A DNA stretch of 52,817 nucleotides. Source: a virus (taxonomy: Duplodnaviria; Caudoviricetes). The stretch lies in the IMG/VR virus record IMGVR_UViG_3300042375_000643, positions 1 through 52,817 of that record; one strand, written 5' to 3'. This document shows positions 46,852 through 52,817 of the stretch, one piece after another; position 1 is the first letter of the stretch, and each line of letters starts with the position of its first letter. The position numbers were made by a program, and so were the translations under genes. Below the pieces are notes generated by a model, which saw only the letters and a list, made by a program, of their open reading frames with translations, had not been told where the DNA came from and searched no databases.

Positions 46852-48885
46852 TTAATTGTAATATACGTTAAAGTTGTCAAAAAGAGAATTGACTAAAGTT
46901 GGTGTTGCTCCAAAATTATAGAAATATCCGAACGAATCTAATGTTACATTGGTATATGTTGAATTTGTTGCTGAACTAGGGGTACTATATCCTGTTGTTA
47001 ATCTAGAATCTATCCAATCAGAATTACCATCATTTCTAAAAGATAAAGTCCAATTATTTGTTGTTGAATTGTAAGACACTTTTAAGCTTAAATAATCCGT
47101 ATCCGAAAATCCTGGTGACAATGGTGTTGATAAAATTGTTGTTATATTAGCGTTTGCTTGTAATCCTCCTGTGAAACTAACTAATCTCCACTGTCTAGTT
47201 CCTGAACCACCATAAACTAATGCGTATCCATTACCATTAGTCAATACGTCACTACCATTTGATGCTAAAATAACTGCTTGACCAAAAAGACCTGAATCAA
47301 ACCCATCTAAAATTGCGTTGTAATTATTCCTTACATTCACAGACCAATTAACAATTGTTGGGTTTAAATTTAATTGAGAATAGAAATTAGGATTACCGAC
47401 TAAAGTATACGTTGACATAGTATAAAGTCTACCTGTTGTGAGAGTAGTGTCCGACCTCATTCTTAGGAAAATTCCCGCACCAATACCAATATTACCAAGA
47501 TTTGTTATTGTAGATGTGTATGCAATTGATGGAGTACCACCCGGACTAACCGCGGCTCTAGTAAAATTATCGACAAATACATTATTACCCGGTGCATATG
47601 GATTTGTTGGTGTTGGCGTCATTGTCGGTGTTGGTGTTAATGTATTAGTTGGTGTTAATGTTGGTGTTGACGTTAATGTATTAGTTGGTGTATTTGTTGG
47701 AGTTTCAGTATTAGTTGGTGTATTTGTTGGAGTTTCAGTATTTGTTGGTGTTAATGTTGGTGTTAATGTATTAGTTGGTGTAGGTGTTGGAGTATTAGTT
47801 GGTGTATTTGTTGGAGTCTCAGTTGGTGTATTTGTTGGGGTCTCAGTTGGGGTATTTGTTAATGTTGGTGTTAATGTAACTGTAGGTGTTGGGGTAAGAG
47901 TTGGAGTTGGTGTTGGTGTAGGACTTGGGCAAATATTTGTTATTAAAGTATAAGAACCTTTACCTATTAGTTTTACCACACCATAAGAACATTTGGCACA
48001 AACATTTACTACAGGTGGTGGGATAAATGGAAGATAACTATTATCAACATTAACTGTGACTGGACTACTTCCATCACAAGGGATATATTCAAAAGTAGAG
48101 TACGACCCAAATACAGGGAAATAAGTTCCACTTAATTCATAATAACCACAATTAGTACAACTAGTGAAAACATTTGATGTTGTTGGATATCCACCACATT
48201 CTTGAGTTATTCTAAAATAAATTAAAACATCACCAAGTGGACCGATATCATATAAGGCTGGATTTGTATAACAATCATTAACTTCAATTGAAGTCCAATT
48301 ATCATTATCTAACGAATATGATAAGAATAATTGTTCACAATTTGCTGGTAAATTATTAAAGTAATAAGCCCAAGTTGTTCCTGAGATTAATACAACATTA
48401 TCTAATGAAATGCTACATTCCGCAGGTGTAACCGTTGGAGTTGGAGTATATGTTGGTGTTACCGTATTTGTTGGAGTATTTGTTGGTGTTTGTGTTGGTG
48501 TTACCGTATTTGTTGGAGTATTTGTTGGTGTTACCGTATTTGTAGGTGTTGGGGTATTTGTAATAGAACCAATAACATATGTGAAATCACAGTTTAATGG
48601 TGTTGTACTTGGCGTAATAGTTGGTGTAGGAGTATTTGACGGTGTTGGTGTAGGTGTCTGTGTAGTAATATCTACACCAGTAAAGTCACAAGGTAATAAT
48701 GGAGTTGACGATGGTGTAATAGACGGTGTAGGTAACGGAGGTACTCCCCCATTAATATCAGATTGATAAGGTAAATTTTTTGTAAATGAAGATTGAATTT
48801 TTTTGGTCAATATTCCTTGGCCCGGAACATTAAGTAATGACCCGTCAAATATCCTACCTGACTTTTTTCTTTCCGTTAAACCCAT
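46852..48885 (-). CDS. Modular PT-linker virion protein with C-terminal beta-sandwich (lectin-like) domain
   Basis: Basic N-terminus, (PT)n tracts, shared Cys module, DNFTRA...FDNFNV C-domain. Confidence 0.8.
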   Translation of the reverse strand: MGLTERKKSGRIFDGSLLNVPGQGILTKKIQSSFTKNLPYQSDINGGVPPLPTPSITPSSTPLLPCDFTGVDITTQTPTPTPSNTPTPTITPSTTPLNCDFTYVIGSITNTPTPTNTVTPTNTPTNTVTPTQTPTNTPTNTVTPTYTPTPTVTPAECSISLDNVVLISGTTWAYYFNNLPANCEQLFLSYSLDNDNWTSIEVNDCYTNPALYDIGPLGDVLIYFRITQECGGYPTTSNVFTSCTNCGYYELSGTYFPVFGSYSTFEYIPCDGSSPVTVNVDNSYLPFIPPPVVNVCAKCSYGVVKLIGKGSYTLITNICPSPTPTPTPTLTPTPTVTLTPTLTNTPTETPTNTPTETPTNTPTNTPTPTPTNTLTPTLTPTNTETPTNTPTNTETPTNTPTNTLTSTPTLTPTNTLTPTPTMTPTPTNPYAPGNNVFVDNFTRAAVSPGGTPSIAYTSTITNLGNIGIGAGIFLRMRSDTTLTTGRLYTMSTYTLVGNPNFYSQLNLNPTIVNWSVNVRNNYNAILDGFDSGLFGQAVILASNGSDVLTNGNGYALVYGGSGTRQWRLVSFTGGLQANANITTILSTPLSPGFSDTDYLSLKVSYNSTTNNWTLSFRNDGNSDWIDSRLTTGYSTPSSATNSTYTNVTLDSFGYFYNFGATPTLVNSLFDNFNVYYN
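48133..48460. repeat. ~330-bp direct repeat, copy D
   Basis: Matches 46165..46495. Confidence 0.9.
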
Positions 48886-48898
48886 TATTCTTTATTTG

Positions 48899-48905
48899 AT
48901 AAATA
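48899..48905 (-). promoter_or_regulatory. TATTTAT putative late promoter
   Basis: Upstream of ATG 48885; would drive the four-gene decoration cluster. Confidence 0.55.
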
Positions 48906-50675
48906 TTACCTAACTCCAAATAACCAGCCATATTTTGCATAATCGTCTTTACTGACTTGTTGACCATTAAATTGGTTAACCCTATTTTGATACATAGGTA
49001 TCACAGGGTCAAAATTAATACTTTCTTTAATAGCCTCATTATTATTAACAGACCAAGAATCTAACATTGCTTTAGTATGTTCTGTAACCTTTGTTAATTT
49101 ACTAAATGAAGATTCCGCAACGTAAGTGGCCATCGCGATTGACATAATTAAATCGTCGTGATGTCCTTTTTGGTGGTCAGGTCGACCATTGATATATACA
49201 AAGGTGTTCATTTCATTATATAAACGAGAACTATAAATTCTGAATTTATGTCTCATCGCCTCTTCAAATGACGCAATAATTTGAACCCTTTTATTATTAA
49301 AATTTATTCCGGGAATTTTATCAGCCGCAGCTGGGTCGTATTTCCATTTATTAGATAAATCAACACCATCAACATATAAATCACGATAATTCATTTCTTG
49401 TAGTTTTCTTGATGTTGATACCCCCATTCCACCGGTAATATCAATTACAATGAAACAAGAATATATTGTCGCCCATTTATGGCAAATTTCTGCCATAGTG
49501 TCAGGTGGTAATTTACCGACAAATTCGGCAACTTGTTCCATTGTATCGAAGTCGACAATTTGAAATGAACTAAAATCTTCTGAATCTCCACGAGAAACGT
49601 CGACACCCATAATGTATTTATGTCCAACAACGGGTTCTTTCCAAATCCAAAGAGCATTACCCATCATTTTACTAACAGGTTCTTTCACTTGATTTTCACG
49701 AATATCTTGCATCATAAGAGAATCAAATACGTTATCTCCGGAACCTAAGAAGTTACATTCTAACTCCTGAGATACTTTACGTTTATCGTATTTTAATTTC
49801 TTAACCATCGCTTCAAACCAAGAAGAACAAGGTTTGTAACCGGCATCCATAAGAACTCTTAATTCTACATAGTTTCTATCTTTATAAGGTATTTTTGACC
49901 AATCAATAAATTCATCTGATTTATAATCTTCTTTATTTAAAAGATAATGAATGATATCGTTTGTTTTAACTAAAAATAAATCACTAGTGTATCTTGGGTC
50001 TCTATACCAAAACATCTCCGTAATTTTGAAGTCGTTCATATTACGTAATGCTTGGTCATATATTTCATAATAAATTTGGTCGTAACCATTGGGTGTTGAT
50101 ACCACAATTACTTTACCCCCCGTAGATAGGGACGCCATACAGGCAGACCAGAAATCACTATCGGCCTCGATAAAGGCCGCCTCATCAAATACAAGTATGG
50201 TTGGTGTAAATCCACGCAAGGCATCCTTAGATGTTGCAACGGCTTTAACCTCACATCCATTTGTTAATTTATAATGTTTTTGGGAATTTTTGGCTTTATC
50301 AAATTCAACACCGGTCCAAGACGGCCATTGACCAACGAACGCTTTTATTTTGTTCGCCATCTCCAATGATGTATCCAACTTGTTGGCAATAATCAATATT
50401 TTCTCGGGAGCGTCTTTTCTTGCAAATATAAGTTTACGTGACATCCAAGCCGCGGTAACTGTTGATACCCCGGCCTGTCTGTACTTTAATGCTATATTCT
50501 CATTGTATTCTTCGTAATCGTTGAGTAATGCTAATTGGTCAGGGAAAAGTTCCAATGGAACATATTTTTTAACCGTATTATCATATGTTTCTAAATACGT
50601 TTTAAGTGCGTATTCAACATCTCTATTACATTTTACGTATTCTATTAATACTTGTTCTCTTGTTAAATTCGACAT
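48906..50675 (-). CDS. gp17: Terminase large subunit, T4 gp17-like
   Basis: KYRQAGVST (Walker A), LVFDEAAF (Walker B), STPNG, GVDVSRG, HDDL. Confidence 0.93.
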   Translation of the reverse strand: MSNLTREQVLIEYVKCNRDVEYALKTYLETYDNTVKKYVPLELFPDQLALLNDYEEYNENIALKYRQAGVSTVTAAWMSRKLIFARKDAPEKILIIANKLDTSLEMANKIKAFVGQWPSWTGVEFDKAKNSQKHYKLTNGCEVKAVATSKDALRGFTPTILVFDEAAFIEADSDFWSACMASLSTGGKVIVVSTPNGYDQIYYEIYDQALRNMNDFKITEMFWYRDPRYTSDLFLVKTNDIIHYLLNKEDYKSDEFIDWSKIPYKDRNYVELRVLMDAGYKPCSSWFEAMVKKLKYDKRKVSQELECNFLGSGDNVFDSLMMQDIRENQVKEPVSKMMGNALWIWKEPVVGHKYIMGVDVSRGDSEDFSSFQIVDFDTMEQVAEFVGKLPPDTMAEICHKWATIYSCFIVIDITGGMGVSTSRKLQEMNYRDLYVDGVDLSNKWKYDPAAADKIPGINFNNKRVQIIASFEEAMRHKFRIYSSRLYNEMNTFVYINGRPDHQKGHHDDLIMSIAMATYVAESSFSKLTKVTEHTKAMLDSWSVNNNEAIKESINFDPVIPMYQNRVNQFNGQQVSKDDYAKYGWLFGVR

Positions 50676-50696
50676 ACATAATGTTGTCGGTAATTT

Positions 50697-52085
50697 TTAG
50701 AATCCTAACGAAGATAAATCAATATCGTCTAAGTCATCTAAGTCATCAAATCCGTAATCTCCATAATTTTCACTATCATCCTCACCATCTTCGTCATCTG
50801 ACATTTTTGATTCATATTCGTGTTTTTTAAGGATTTCAACGATTTCGTTAACCATTCTATTTATTACCTCTTTTGCTTCAGGTTTATCAGCCATAATAGC
50901 TTTTGATAATACTACAAAGTCCTTCGCCTCTAATTGAGACAATTTCATAAATAAGTATTGTTGTAGATGTCTTTGGTCGTCTTCGTATAATTTATCAGGC
51001 CAAGATTCTCTGAATTTTTCCCAAAACACAGGACCTAATCTTGAATCCCAAATTTCTGCTGGTAATGTATCTTCAGCACCAACAACCATACTTCTTTGAA
51101 CAGGGTCGTTTGGTAAGCCTTGGTCACCATATAATGAATAAATACCTTTAACTATCTCGTGAACCAATAAAGGAAACGTGAATGCTTTTGCTTTAATTGT
51201 TGGTGGGTCAGTTTCAGGGTCTGATTCTGATTGTCCCATTTGACCACCACCACCACCAGCCATATTTTCCATATCCGGATATAACCAATATAAATGTTCC
51301 ATTAGTGATTGTGTTACACCGTATAAATTTAATAAGTTTGGACTTAATCTATTTATCTCATCACTAACTAACGTATACATATGACCACCTTTAAATGCTG
51401 CTCCTTGAACTAATGAATTAATCATTCTTCTTTTTGCTTTCTCTAAATTAAATTTTTCCATAGAATCCATAAAGTCTTCTATTTCTTCTTGGTGTTCTTC
51501 ACTCTCTTTGAACGCTTCTTCTACATCTTCTTCATCCGGTTGTTCAGGTTGTGTTTGCATTCCTTCAGACGCTCCCATCGGACCACTAACTAATTCTACA
51601 TCAAATTGTAATTGACCTTCAGGAATACCTAATTCTTTCTTAACTAAATTAACTGCCAAATTTTCAAGATATTCTTTGTGTTGAACTTCAACTCTTTTAA
51701 TTTGTTGTAAACTACCCATAACAGAACTCATTAGTCCCATCATTGGATTATCTCCTTGTATTGGTGTAGTATCACCTAAAAATCTTCTTACTTTATCTAC
51801 AGAGTCTTTAAATCGTTGTGAAGAAACTAGTTCAACAAAATCTCTATCACCATCTTGTGGTAATCCCGGATGTTCGTTATATGGTGTTTCTCTTTGATTG
51901 ATTTGTCTTTCAATACCCGGTTCCATTCTTTCAGGACCATCATAACTAACAGGAGCTTCATTTAAACGACGATTTATTTCGTTTAACATAGTTTGTTGAT
52001 TACCGGTTAACCCTTCGTTAACTAATTTTTTATCTAAGTCACTTTTGACTTTTAATATTTTCTCCATTTTTAAATTTACGCTCAT
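50697..52085 (-). CDS. Hypothetical protein, acidic
   Basis: 462-aa ORF upstream of terminase. Confidence 0.8.
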   Translation of the reverse strand: MSVNLKMEKILKVKSDLDKKLVNEGLTGNQQTMLNEINRRLNEAPVSYDGPERMEPGIERQINQRETPYNEHPGLPQDGDRDFVELVSSQRFKDSVDKVRRFLGDTTPIQGDNPMMGLMSSVMGSLQQIKRVEVQHKEYLENLAVNLVKKELGIPEGQLQFDVELVSGPMGASEGMQTQPEQPDEEDVEEAFKESEEHQEEIEDFMDSMEKFNLEKAKRRMINSLVQGAAFKGGHMYTLVSDEINRLSPNLLNLYGVTQSLMEHLYWLYPDMENMAGGGGGQMGQSESDPETDPPTIKAKAFTFPLLVHEIVKGIYSLYGDQGLPNDPVQRSMVVGAEDTLPAEIWDSRLGPVFWEKFRESWPDKLYEDDQRHLQQYLFMKLSQLEAKDFVVLSKAIMADKPEAKEVINRMVNEIVEILKKHEYESKMSDDEDGEDDSENYGDYGFDDLDDLDDIDLSSLGF

Positions 52086-52087
52086 AA

Positions 52088-52817
52088 CTATTTTGTTTTA
52101 AGACCTAACTGATTAAATTTTAAAAAACTTGGTAATTCTCTTTTAATTGCTTTTGGAGCCCCTTGTTTACTTGGGTCCGGAGCAAAAGGATGTTTTGGTG
52201 TTGTACCAGGACTAACTTTTGGTTTTGCCGGAGCAACTTCAGTTCCTTCACCAACTTCTTTTTTCATCGCTTTAGGAGCCCCTTTTTTATCAGGGTCAGG
52301 TTGGAACGGATGTTTTGGTTTTGTACCAGGACTAACCTTTGGTTTTGCGGGTGCAGTTTTTGTGTCTCCTTCTAAAAGATTATTAAAATCTTTTTTAGAC
52401 ATTTTAGGTGTGATGTGTTTTTCTACGAGTCTCATAATATGTTTTTCTATTTCACTCTCCCCAAAAATTTCAACATTAGGTGTTGTTGTTTGGTCTAAAT
52501 TTTTCATATGTAAATTAGACACAACAGATGCTATTTTTTTATTATAGTCACCCATACCAAATTCTTCTTTTGTTTCTTTTTTCTTTTCAGGAAGTTTAGC
52601 AAAGTTAGTCTTTTCTGCAAACTCATCAGCCATTTTACACCATTTTTTTTGTTCTTTTGTTTTTCCATCGCCACATTTGGCAAAGAAATATTTTTGTTGT
52701 TTTTTTGATTCAAATTTTTCGTCAATTTCTTTTTCTTCAAACATACCCATTCCATCTTCAGTAGCATCTGGGTCTTGAACCACATTTAATGTGTCATCTT
52801 CCGTCATTTCAGTTGCA
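52088..52817 (-). CDS. Hypothetical protein (probably 5'-truncated) with a two-copy APAKPKVSPGT..KHPF.PDP.K.GAPKA repeat
   Basis: Frame stays open from 52807 to the window end. Confidence 0.7.
   Translation of the reverse strand, partial: ATEMTEDDTLNVVQDPDATEDGMGMFEEKEIDEKFESKKQQKYFFAKCGDGKTKEQKKWCKMADEFAEKTNFAKLPEKKKETKEEFGMGDYNKKIASVVSNLHMKNLDQTTTPNVEIFGESEIEKHIMRLVEKHITPKMSKKDFNNLLEGDTKTAPAKPKVSPGTKPKHPFQPDPDKKGAPKAMKKEVGEGTEVAPAKPKVSPGTTPKHPFAPDPSKQGAPKAIKRELPSFLKFNQLGLKTK

Noticed and set aside
1619-48460. Dispersed repeat pairs as DGR template/variable repeats
   Set aside because: Mismatches are not adenine-specific, both copies are coding, and no reverse transcriptase is in the window
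47438-48766. Plus-strand GVGV-rich ORFs (also 1445..1681, 4184..4480, 46470..46685)
   Set aside because: Antisense shadows of (PT)n codons in the real minus-strand genes
50697-52085. HEIVK as a metalloprotease motif
   Set aside because: Lacks the second His of HEXXH; no other support
1-52817. Stop-codon reassignment
   Set aside because: Core genes are full-length under code 11, and TAG and TGA act as stops at sensible gene ends (e.g. portal TAG, phoH TGA)
1-52817. tRNA, rRNA or structured ncRNA
   Set aside because: Intergenic gaps are short (up to ~170 bp) and AT-rich, explained by promoters and terminators; no cloverleaf seen by eye

Overview
A 52.8-kb, AT-rich, densely coding segment of a large T4-like tailed dsDNA phage (standard genetic code). 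The host is very probably a Bacteroidota: TAnnTTTG promoters, no Shine-Dalgarno sites, a Bacteroidota-type bS21 and a Gln+1 signal peptide. The window holds the head and packaging module (large terminase, portal, prohead protease, scaffold, major capsid protein) with a phage-encoded ribosomal protein S21 and a free-standing HNH endonuclease. It also has a baseplate/gp5-like region, a gp55-like sigma factor and a ~10-kb operon of six glycosyltransferase genes plus a sugar-type methyltransferase, dUTPase, 3'-5' exonuclease and PhoH. Many modular virion proteins are built from Pro/Thr mucin-like linkers, DUF285/BspA repeats, a papain-like peptidase and a Hint domain. Main leads: (1) a putative virion O-glycosylation system (GT operon, mucin-like proteins, recurrent [S/T]G-x-T motif); (2) module shuffling among decoration proteins that share one N-terminal docking module; (3) a TATTTAT late-promoter regulon; (4) head-packaged proteins with a shared leader and cell-envelope-binding domains; (5) a GT cassette bracketed by a duplicated dUTPase 3' end. 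No tRNA, rRNA or CRISPR array was seen. All calls come from motif recognition by eye, with no database searches.
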